Assembly (NCBI GenBank): GCA_977030845.1
Contig: OZ365109.1
Location: 42,036,001-42,100,000 of the forward strand
DNA from: Fimbriosthenelais zetlandica
Taxonomy: Eukaryota
Length of the DNA: 64,000 nt
Reading direction: 5' to 3'
Made by a program: the position numbers and the translations under genes. Positions 22,152-33,639 of the stretch are shown here, piece by piece. The notes beneath the pieces are model-generated. The model made no database searches, was not told where the DNA came from, and saw only the letters and a program-made list of their open reading frames with translations. Every line of letters starts with the position of its first letter. Position 1 is the stretch's first letter.

Positions 22152-24485
22152 GTATGTCAGATTTTTATTCGCCGTAAAGCAGTGTATTTAAGGGATGGTG
22201 GAGGAGGGAGGAGAGGGAGAAGGAGCGAGAGGAGGAGGATGCTGCATGTTGTGGGGCGGTAGGCATTGGGGGGCACCTGTAGTAGTGGTTGGTGTACTGG
22301 TAATACCAATACTAGAGACTCAAGCCTGCGTTTCCCCTGCGTCTCTGCGCCAAACGCGTGCTGCGTCCGTGCAGCAGTGTGCCGCCTGCTGATGCTGCTC
22401 CCTCCTCGCCTCCTCCACCTCCACCTCACCATCATGACTCTAAACTTGATACTAGATTGGAGTGAGCTGAATGTATATAGTGAGCGACTCATCCATCCAT
22501 CCATCCTCCTCTTCCCCAGCTCTAATCTTCACCACTTTACTCCCCCAGTACCTGTAGTTTAATTTTCTCAAGTGAATACTATCAATATAGGGAAAAATAT
22601 TAGGTGCCAGTCTATGATGGTCTTGACTATGGTGGGTGTGGTATGAGAAGATGGCATGGAGGATTTGATTTGAAAGTGCTCTGCCCCAGGGCATTCCTCT
22701 ATATTTATGTTGCTATCCTCCAGGTGTATGCATTAATTGTACTAGGATAGGTGGAGGTGAGAAGATATTGGGAGGAGATGGACAGACGAGGTCTACATTG
22801 GATGTGGGAGATGTCTAATGGGTATAATAGACAGAAGAAGGAAGGGAAGGGAAATAAAGGGGCGGGGAGGGAAGATATACAGGGATAGATAGGCGTCCCT
22901 AATACCTGAGGGATTATATCAGGTAATGGCCTAAAAATGGACATGATGAAATTTCAAATTAGAACAATTCAAGATAAAATGATTGGATTCAATGTATGGG
23001 AGAAGATGAAAAAGGAACATCCAGGGATGAAAGAGTATTAAAAGAATAAATGTAAATGGATGGTGGGCGTATTCCCATAGGCCTACCCATCTACACCCAT
23101 CAATCCCATCAATCCCAATTACCAATTACTTATAATGCATCGTTGAAATTCCTCCGGATGCTATTTCTTTTTTCACATTTTGAGTGTTTCCAATTATGAA
23201 AGGAAGCTGTAAATTGCTGTAGGCTATTTAAACCCGTATCACATAGGAACGTAGATAAGCTCTATACCCTCATGTTATGACCCCCTATATCACACACTCA
23301 TGTTATCCCGACCAGTTTTTTTACACCTCCTGGGCTTCAAGCAGATCTTTGTTCATCTCTATCTTATCCGCTCCATACATATCTGTATCTATTCATTGTC
23401 AGTTCCTCCAGGGCAGCTTCTTTACTTCTATATCTCCCATCTTGTAATTTTTAAAGCTGTATCATTGTGGCTCTTGCCGAATCAAATGATGCTAAGTGCA
23501 GAAAAAATATACGCACTGCAAGATGATTCTAATTCATTGCCTTAGGCACCATAAGGTGCAAAACAATTTATGACTTTGATAAAACCTTTTGCTATAACAT
23601 GTGATACTCGATTTGGAGTTAACTTCAGACTTGTAAAAGTACGAATTCCAAAAGTAGGAAGATTTTATATTTTATAATTTTATATTTAACATATTTATAA
23701 TTTTGACTAAGTTTGACATAGAGCAGGCTCGCTGAAAACATTTTTATTTCAAATGTGAGCCTACATAACGTCTGATACTATGTTATTATCTTCGTTTCAC
23801 TTTTAAGACAATTTAGCAATAGGCCTATGTTCCGGGGGGGGGGGGGGGGCGGAGGGGGCGGAGGGGGCGGGGGCTCATGAAAGAGACTTTAGAACACTTG
23901 AAAACATTTTTAGTTTTAGTTTCAGTTTGTGACTCAGGAGTTAAGGTTGAAAAAGAGACCTTTAATGGTTGTGGTATTCTGTCTGTAACATGTGTAGACT
24001 AGCCTGAGTAATTTTATGTTTGGGTTGGTGGACTTGTAACACTAGTTTAGAGTATGGATGTAAGGGGTTAGTGAACCTGGAGGGAGGGGAGGAGGGTCTA
24101 CTCCAACTTATAAACAATCACTCCACTACATGACCATTCCCCGCTATATAATAACCACTATACCTATATTACTATGAATGTGGGACCCATATTGTTATTA
24201 CAAGTGCCAGTGGTTCTCTGGGTCGGAATGAGAATAAATTATCTATACAGACATCAGATATATTATTCCATCCCAAAGTGTTTTTCTTTCCATGAGTCAA
24301 GAAATGAGACCAAAGTCAGAACTACTTTCAATGTTTTCTATCTCAATCCATCCATTCAACTACCTTTAACGGCTAAAATATAATATTTTCGATTTAATTC
24401 ATTACACAAAATTCTTTTATTTATATAATATATTTTCTGCATAAAATTCCATTGTCTAATTATCTGATCGTCTCTTATTTTGCAG

Positions 24486-24568
24486 TTTGCAGTTTTGTGG
24501 TTCACAAACGTTGCCATGAGTTTGTGTCGTTTCAATGCCCCGGAGCGGATAAGGGCCCAGATTCTGAT
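24486..24568 (+). CDS. PRKCA: cPKC exon 3 (83 nt, [28 protein letters not shown])
   Basis: Completes C1A. TTTTGCAG acceptor and GAT|GTAAGT donor, phase 0 out. Confidence 0.95.
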
Positions 24569-27500
24569 GTAAGTATATTATACAAGCTTGTATATTATTC
24601 TAGTGATATGTCTGTTGTGGACCACTTACATCCATGTTTAAATTATATACATGTACACCTTCGTGTCGGTGGTTATTCACGCAAACCACCGCACCTGCCC
24701 TCATGCTTGATTGATATAGCCTACTCGTAGGCTATATCGTTCCCAATGCTAATATTAGGAATATTGTTTTTTGAACTGTATAAGTTTTTCACTCACGATT
24801 AGAGTGAAAATCTATGTATCTTGTTTGATTTGTGATGTACTTCTTTGTCCTTGCTCTCATTTGTTATAATTTTTGTCCCCCACTGGTGTTTTTTCGTTAA
24901 TAGATTATGATTTTTATCTTTAATTGTGTTTATCTCTTGTCAAGGGGAGGGAATGGGGACGGGAAAGATATATGAGGTTAGATCCATGGTATACCTGTAT
25001 ATTTACTCTTTACAACAACCTATGTTTACCCAGCCGTGTGTGTTCAGCACTATAAAGTGGAACAGTTTAAATTGTTGATAAGATAGCGTGTATGAAACCA
25101 TATAGATTAGCCTTGGAGATTTTCGTTAAGATCTATATTATATACATGCAAACAATAAATGAACCTATTCTGAAATTTCTATTAATGTTAGCTAAACAGT
25201 ACAGGTTCAAACTGTCCAAAACTGACACAGTCACACCATAGAGTAAAATGAATATTTTACTCTAAGGTCACACATACAGTAGGTAAATACTAAGCTCAGA
25301 ATAACAGAATAAGGAAGGAAAGAACGTAGGAAAATATTATGTTACTCATAATGTCATTGATAATTTAACTGGTGACTGCCACACATGATGTTAATCAATA
25401 ATAACTAAAACAATTATTTACACCTCCGGTATATATTAACTTTAAGGTGTATTACATGATCATATTATATCACATAATATACACATATCTACCTATAGAT
25501 GATGTAAAAAATATTCTGATGCAGTGAGTGTATGAGTGGAGGTTCATATAATGAAGTGTTGCTATCTGATACCATAAACTCACAGAAGTTGTAATACGAT
25601 CATAGATTTGACATTCTCATATATTTTATTCTATTCTTTCTTGACATTTAGGACACAAATTAACATTTATAGTATTTCTATTGTCATTTCCCAGGAACAT
25701 GAATCAGTTCCCGTAATTAGTGCTTTTAATAAGATTGATTTTTTATTTACATGAGCAAGTCATGAATGGCCGGGCGAGATCATGACCCCGTACACTCACA
25801 AATATAATCTATCCAAGATATTCAAGGCTCGAGTATTACAAGTCATGGACCTTACCTACATCTCTATAAAACAAGTTGCTGCTATTGTACTGCATGTTTG
25901 CAGTTAAAAATACGCCCAGCTCTTTGATCCGAGATTTTTAATAACTCACTTGGTAATGAGTTACAGCACTGCAATGAAGAATGCGATTTTAAAAAAGTTA
26001 CTTTTTATAGAGCCATATTAAGGGTGGGTATATATAAGCCAGCCCACCTGATTTGCCAAGCGTTGGTGTGATTTTCAGCTGGGGGCTATTTCTATAAGTG
26101 CTATCTGGATCGAGTGTGGGAGTTGCATGCATATATAGTGGGAGACTGGAGTGGGTTATTTCAGAAGCCCAGACATAACCTACTCACTCCAGTACACAGG
26201 TACAAACCTTGCCAGCTTGTGTTCACTCTTGTTCATCAATGGCTTCCCATGCTGAGCCTTTGGAGTTCTTTCCTGAATCCCAGTTGGCATCGAATACAGA
26301 CAGCCTCTGTATAAAAACTTCTAAGCAGAACCAAGCCTGCTTGATCGATCATCTCAGGTAGTTCTGAGAAAAGCATCATTATGGACTTGGTAACTTGTCT
26401 AAATCCGAGAAATAAATGTGTAAAAATCAGTACAGTTATAGGTGGACATCAGTACAATATAAACTAAATCCTATTAGTAATTTATTTATTTATTAAAAAA
26501 AAAATATTAGTAAAAGCTATGATGACCTTTTATCCTTACGAAATAGCTTTTTCTCGTTGCCAGATAGCGATGATATGATTTTTACCCAGTGGGTCCGTCA
26601 TGCTGGTAATGGATAGATGTATTGTTCAGCTGAAATGTCGAGTTTAACTTTAATCTAATTTAAGCAGATAGCTTTGGTTGGTGTTACAAGAAGGCTCGCT
26701 CCCAGTCAATATAGAAATCCAGGGCTCAACATACAAAGACACTTAGCCTCCTGCTAATACAATTTTATCACTAAATTAACTTTTAAAGCTCTGAATCAGT
26801 GTTCATTCTCAAGTTTAAATTCCCTTCCGCATTCTTTAAAATCAGATGAATTTCATTTCAATTGTAAAAAATGCACAGCTTTAAGGAACGATCATGTTGC
26901 CTACTCAGACTTTTGAATGTGTGGCTTACGACCGTCCTCAACTGATGCGAATTTCCTTGGGATACAATTGCGACAAAGGCGACGCCTGTGCGCGTCTCAA
27001 GGGACAATCCACTAGTGGAAGAAGGGCGCTGGGCATTTCACACCTTCGACCACTCACAATTCACAACATTTATTGATACGTTGTATAATTATTGCAAACA
27101 AATTGCAAGCCACAAATCACAGTTTGAAGCCAATTTCAGTGGACAACCATTTTCAGTGATGTTTCAGCCGCAACAGTGCAGGTTAGGCTTGAAAATTACC
27201 GCGGCTTCGTCTTGGAGAGAGAGAGAGAGAGATGTTCGTTTAAGCTTCTAAAATGGTTTCCAGTGACCGTAAAACATTCTGCCATCTTTGAATGGTGTGC
27301 ATGGATGACATTGCCGTGGTTTAATGCTTTATTTATTGACCATATAAAGGGCACTGGTCCAATGTCAATAGACAGAGCTAGTAGCAGGATGGCTTACTGC
27401 GTTCTCTCCCCCCCCCCCCCAACACCCCAACCATCCCCCAGCGCTCCCCCACCCCAGCACCACCAAGATGGCATGGCTTCAATGCATTGATCAAAGGGCA

Positions 27501-30079
27501 GGGGAAATATGGGCAAAGTTATATTTTACAAGAGTGCACAGAAGCCAGGATTTTGATTAGTCTGGCTGCTTATTGACATGTGCTGGGAATAAGGAACGTG
27601 TGTTCTAAAGTATTTTACAAATTTATGGAATTCAACCATTTCCTCCCTAGGACCAACGAGTATAGAAAGAAGTTGCTAGGACTTGCTCCTGTGGGCCCTA
27701 TGTCTTCCAAATTGTCAATGGCGTGGTCATGACAGTGTAATTCTGAGAGAGGATTGAAGCCCTCAATCAGGACTCTGCTTTACCTCCAGCCCTTAGTTGT
27801 CTGTCTGATCCCAAGCATTCAATTTCTCCAAATTTGCCTGTGTCCTTCTCCATCCTGTACTGCTAATTGGAATATCAAAGACCAATTATGTCTCCCAAGT
27901 CAAAATAGTATAATCCCCACAATTGAACAAAAATTGATTTTTTTCAATGGTCATTCGTTCAACTTTTCTTTGGTATTATTATGTGATGAGTTCCATAATG
28001 TAATATAAATAACAACGTAATATTATCTTGACTGTTATTAGAAAATCGGCTAAGGAAATGGGAATTTATTACTCACCTAATGTCAAACATTTCATTAAGT
28101 CAGTTAGCCTAGGTGCTAAATCGGTTAAATGCCTTAGCAAACAGTTAGGTGTCAAACCGAATATTGTAGAGAAATCATTACATCACAACTGTGTTATTGG
28201 AATGAGACCGGACTCTAATGACTATGGGAAGTTAGGAAGGTGTTAAAGCTGGGCGGTGACTTGTTATCAACAATTAGCATTTGACACATTCAGTATCGAT
28301 CATTTCCGATAACTAAATTACATGTATTGGGCTTATTTTCTTTTCAGTCGTAGCCTAAATCTCTGAAACATAATGTAGTGTAATATTTCTAAACATGATA
28401 ACAAATCTTCACATTGTATTTTTAAATCTCTAATTTCAATATGTCATGTGAAAAAGTCGAAACAATTTCTTTATACAAATAATTGTTAACAATAGTAATA
28501 ATGAAGAGTGCTTGATTGTTAGTTTTCCAATGTAAACACGTCTTCAGAAAGTCTTGAGGCAAAATTGGAACTACGGGGAAAATTATAGTTTTTCAAAACA
28601 ACTAGTAGTGATAAAGGCTTTATTGTTATTTCTTATATTGGGAAAAAGCCTTTGAAAGTTCCCTGTTATGTTTCCTGGTATTGATTTCCTTCCCCCTGTT
28701 CTCCTACACCTCCATTAATATATAATACTTTATGAGCTTACATTGAATGTCCGACCAGTGAGCCATGAATCTCCACTGTTTGATGGTTTTTGTTGATAGG
28801 ACTCTAGGCCATATGTGAATGTTGTGATTTGACTAGGATCCATACGACTGTCATACGAGACATTATCCCAGTATCTTCTCTTATGATCGATTCAGTCTTC
28901 CGTGACTAACGTGGCATTGAACATTCAAACTGATCCGCATGCCTCATTTATCACGCAATCAATGCCGCATTCCTATATAGCAGCCAGATACTAGTGCTTT
29001 GCTTTATAATTTATCAACTAAAAAGAATGATCAATGCCTTCAGTTTCATTCTTTTCTATTGGCTTGCTACTTGTTAAAATCCTCTAATAATATTTTCTGT
29101 CAGAAATAGAAGCAACAGTTGAGATGATAAGCAAAATGCATTGCTTAAAGAATGTAGCTTCAGTTTTCTATCATATTGAAACTTGTTAAATTCCTCTTTT
29201 TCTGTGATAAAAATAAACTACAATTCCGATGATCAGCAATGCATGATTATTGACTTTAAGTTTTAAAAAATCACCCAGGCAAGATATTCTAGAATTTTTG
29301 TAAATTATTTTCATGGTGAGCCCAAAGCTTCCGAATTGGAAATGACAGTCTTTTTGAGCCGCGTTCATTCCATACATGGTATTGTTGTTAGCCTGGCATT
29401 GTCACATCACTCCAACATTTTGCATTCCAGCCATCGCAAAACAATAGCCATCCACTTGAAATGATAGCGGAGACAATGGGGTTTGGGTTTTTGTGGCCAC
29501 ATCTCTCAGTACAGGCTGCATGTGGCTAGCGGTGAGATGAGTGGGGGCGGGGCGGGGGGAGGGAGCCAGGGCCAGGAGCAGCTAATCCATGAGAGGATAA
29601 AGGCTGGTTGTAAGGTCAGGGGATGAAGGAGATTATCTCCCTGGGCTCAGTCAGCTGGATGCTAAACTAGGGCTGGTATTAAAGCATTATACAAGGCTCA
29701 GTGCTGGGGCTGGGGGTTGGTGGTGGAGGGACTGGAGACCTAAAGGTGTGGGCCTTCTCTATACGAGTAACACCTATATATAATGTTGGAGACAATTGTC
29801 TCCAACGGCCAGTCTCCCCTTAGTATTACATGCATATCTGTATGTAATATTCTGCATAGATAGTAGGTGGTTTATGTTTTCATGACACTCTCATATATTT
29901 TCAAAATGTGATACTCTTTTTTGAGCTAAGATATTTACAGACTCACAAGGATTAATATATTTTATCTGGACTGAATTTCGAATCTCATTGAATTGGTATT
30001 CAAAGTAGTCAATGTTGCTAAAGTAGATATTCAACATTCCCTAGTCCCCCGGATGTAGACACTATAAGCTTGTAAGTCA

Positions 30080-30500
30080 TGCATTATACCCATTCCCATT
30101 ACCACCCCCCCCCCCCCGCCTCCCCGCCTCCGCCTCAGTTGGAACTTTTTCGAAACATTTACCAATACATTCTTACTTTTCGAAGATTGTGCTGCCACTC
30201 TAGCCTATTTCCTATATCCACTCTCATCTTTCACTTTCATATTTCCTTGTCCATTTCTTGTCCAACCTTTCCCATCAACTCCAGTATGACTTATTCTAAC
30301 CAACTCTTCCACTCCTGTCCCCCCTTAAACCAACCATGCACCTCCTTCCTCCTCCCCATTTCCTTATCCCCCAGTTGTCTCATTTCAGTACTACAATCCC
30401 ACCCCCTCCCTCTTCCCCTTCACCACACCCACTATCATTGCTACCACACCCACCCCCTCCCTCCACCCCTCCCCCTACCACCTCATCCTCCCCATTTCTC
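30080..30500. repeat. C/T-rich low-complexity tract
   Basis: Poly-C and CCCT/CCA-rich sequence; the Pro/His-rich ORFs here are compositional artefacts. Confidence 0.75.
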
Positions 30501-31768
30501 AGTCCCCCAAGGGCCAATAATGCCTCATCAGCAGTTTTGCTCACTGGCAAAAGCTTTGCAAGAAAATAAAGGATATTTCCTTACCAATTTAGAATATAGC
30601 CTTCAGAGCTTTTAGGGACACGAGCAATCTGAAAACGAATAAATTCACGTATTTCTGCTGTAGTATTTGGCTTGCAAACTCGTGATTTCCACAGCTATTT
30701 CATTTTGAATGCAGATTCCTTGATTTAAACGTTAATATTGATCAACAGACCTAAGAATTATAATCGGATTAAGGTTTTTAGATAGAGAAACTCACAAGGC
30801 CATTGCATTCTTATATTCTTTAAAAATATGAACAATATTTGTGAGTTATTGAGAGCTTGTGTTGCGAGTCTATTATTGCATATTATGTTATTCAAGGACA
30901 CAATCAACTTATCCTGATCATGGAATTACCTCTATATAGCATTATGCCTCCATCATTCAGTTTCCATTTTACAATACCAGGCAGTACCCATACCACAAAA
31001 TAGTGTCTGACCCAAATAATTAAGACATATATACAATATTGGCCTCTATAAGTGGTTTGACTATGTTTTAAATAGTCCCTTTAGAATTCATTTCAATAGT
31101 TATGTCGATGATGTCTATGAAATTAGGATTTTCGGTTTTAGGTATTTATTTTAATGAATTATTGCCATGTAAATATAGTATTTTTGAATATTTCTGACCA
31201 TTTTTCTCATAAATTATTGCCATATATTTTGGCCATTAGAGATGTACTAATTAGTATTTCTGAATATTTCAAGTATGAACCTAACAAAGAAAGTCTCGAA
31301 ACTTGTATAAAACGTGACAAATCTATCTATGATGAAGTCGGTGTAAACTAGACACTATTAGCTATAGGCCTAGATTAACTTGGTAATTTGTCATTTGATA
31401 CACTACCAGGGTCAGTAAAACTACCATGTATAACCTGGGGTGTCGGTTTTGAGTGTTTCAGCGGAGTGGCATGTCATTTGAGGCATCTTCTCTATATATA
31501 AATACACATCAGTGTATATAGTTATGCATACACACGCAGCTGGGGGCATACACATATGTGACCTCGCTCACAAGTACCTTGTTCTGTCCCGCACTTCTCT
31601 ATGCCTCCCCAGTATATCATTACCATTGAAGGGCTTGATAGCGACAGATGTATGTTGACACTCTCTGATCAATATGGTTTTGCATATGTGCAGCTGTAAA
31701 CAACCTTCGTGGTGAGTTTTTACTCTAAAATGAAGTCATACATCTATAGGCATGAGCGAAGGCTTCTA

Positions 31769-32026
31769 GATCGGATGCTATTACATTGATGCAGATCGGA
31801 TGCTATTAGTGCTGTAGATCCATGCTATTACATTGATGCAGATCCGATGCCATTGCATTTATGCAGATCCGAAGCTCCATTCATGAATGCAGATCTCATG
31901 CTATTAAATTGTTGCAGATCCGATGCCATTACATTGATGTAGATCCGATGCCATTACATTGATGCAGATCCGATGCTATTGCATTTATGCAGATCCGATG
32001 CCATTACGGCTGTAGATCCGATTCTA
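31769..32026. repeat. Minisatellite, about 10 x 23-26 bp
   Basis: Unit GATCCGATGCCATTACATTGATGCA repeated head to tail with no unique spacers. Confidence 0.92.
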
Positions 32027-33111
32027 TAGTGAGGTGACCGTGATGCAAGTTTCCACTGTTGTATTATTGCAAATTGCTGGGTGTCCTCGGTAGTTTGCGC
32101 CAGTGGATAACAGCCTTAAGCTAGATTGTTTTCTATAGCTTCATTTTTAAACCTGTAGAGGCTACTTCAGCAGACGTAACCTTGTCCTGACTCCTCCCTT
32201 GAGTGGTAATCGTTTACATTGTAGCCTACACAGTTCCTCACCTCTCCTCCTGTGTGCTGCTGACCCTGTTCTTTACACCCCTTTCTCCCTTTAAACGGAA
32301 TTGACGGCAGGTATAGTATACCTTTGGGGTCTGATGTCAAGTCAAGGCCATTTTGATGCACCCTGACAGACTATAGGCCTCTGTGTGACTTCAGATACAA
32401 GCGGATCCAGTTTTATGGATATTATGTATATCTAAGTCTCATGCAGTTTTCCTCGAAGCAAAATGTGATTACTTTCTCTGGTAAAAACATATTTAAAACA
32501 CAAAAGGTTACTCTTGTATTGATTGGCTCTGAGTAGGCCTATATAGGCACTTTGACTAATTCAGGAATATTGACTAATGAGATAAATTATCTCAGAGAAA
32601 ATAGTCATTGCTTTTCTATATGAGTTTTAATGATTATTTTGTCCATGAACCACAGCTCCTGTCTGTGACATTTCACCACACTGTTAATAACTATCACCGC
32701 CATTGGCGCTGAATTTACCGCGACATTTCAGTGATGGAGGGGGCCGTGGTTGAGTGGGCGCGGGTGGGAGGGCAGTGTAGGGCAGAGAAGTCATGGAAGG
32801 GAGGCCGCCTATTATAATATGCACTACAATGTACGCCCTATATGAGATGGACAAGTCAATGGCCATTGACACCTGCTCAGTGCTAACAACTGACCGTGCC
32901 AAGTGACCACCAAGTGATGTTTGGATGGTCAATCCTTGTGCTGACCAGACATGACTGGACTCCACAATGTACATCTATATAAATACACTCACCCAGTCTG
33001 GTCTACCTAATGTAGGGGATCGTCTTGTACAAACATTTTACACTGCCCATTACTATTCTACTTGGTATAGCCCACTGATCGTGCCCAAATGTCCATTCAT
33101 AAGTTGGAACT

Positions 33112-33461
33112 GGGCAGTGGCTCAGGCGGTAAGAGTGTTCTGCTTGAATGCAGAAGGTCCCTGGTTAAATTCCCCAGGTCCTCAGTAAGGATCCAGTTTT
33201 ATCTGTTGTAGCTCCAGTCTTTTCATCCAAATTCCCCAAGCATGCTCCAAATTTGTCATTTTCTCTCTCTACCCAGTGCTACTTACTGGGATATCAAAGG
33301 CCAGCCATATCTCCCAATGTCTATGGTGAGAGTCATGTGAAGGAACCATTGCTGCCGTTTGAGAAGTGCAGACCCTTCTGTGCCGACAATGTGTTTCCTA
33401 CTCGTCCTGAAAGCTACGAGTTGTTCACTGGGCGTTAAACAAATACTCCCTCACTCACTCA
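33112..33461 (+). mobile_element. tRNA-derived SINE, family A, copy 1 (most complete)
   Basis: A box TGGCTCAGGCGG and B box GGTTAAATTCC; body acccagtgct..tgggatat; tail gtttcctactcgtcctga..ggcgttaaacaaata plus (TCAC)n. Homologous to copies at 42730, 55550 and 63460. Confidence 0.85.
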
Positions 33462-33464
33462 TGT

Positions 33465-33639
33465 CCAAACTTCCATGCACGAGCAAGCTTGCCGGTGATC
33501 AATATTTTGCTGTTCACCTGCTTCAAATTGGACAATGTATTTGTATTGCCATGTATATTGAACCGGCATTACCTGGATTTGAACCTCTGAACTTTGAGCT
33601 ACTAAACTGATACATTAACCAATTGAGTTAATACAACCC
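33465..33639 (-). mobile_element. Second tRNA-derived SINE on the minus strand, tail-to-tail with copy 1
   Basis: Minus-strand A box TAACTCAATTGGT (33618-33630) and B box GGTTCAAATCC (33575-33585). The body differs from family A; the 3' extent is uncertain. Confidence 0.55.

Noticed and set aside
25239-25264. Small perfect hairpins with 11 bp arms here and at 47963-47988
   Set aside because: Too short and AT-rich to exceed chance convincingly in 64 kb.
26381-26391. ATG GAC TTG|GTAACT as an alternative phase-0 PKC first exon
   Set aside because: Weak donor, only three codons and upstream ATGs; expected by chance.
30079-30615. 178 aa Pro/His-rich ORF
   Set aside because: Artefact of a C-rich low-complexity tract.
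31769-32026. 25 bp repeat array as a CRISPR-like locus
   Set aside because: Units are contiguous with no unique spacers, in a eukaryotic intron; an ordinary minisatellite.
33112-33180. tRNA genes here and at 33571, 42730, 55550, 61095 and 63460
   Set aside because: A and B boxes are present but there is no intact cloverleaf, and they continue into shared repeat bodies; they are SINE heads.
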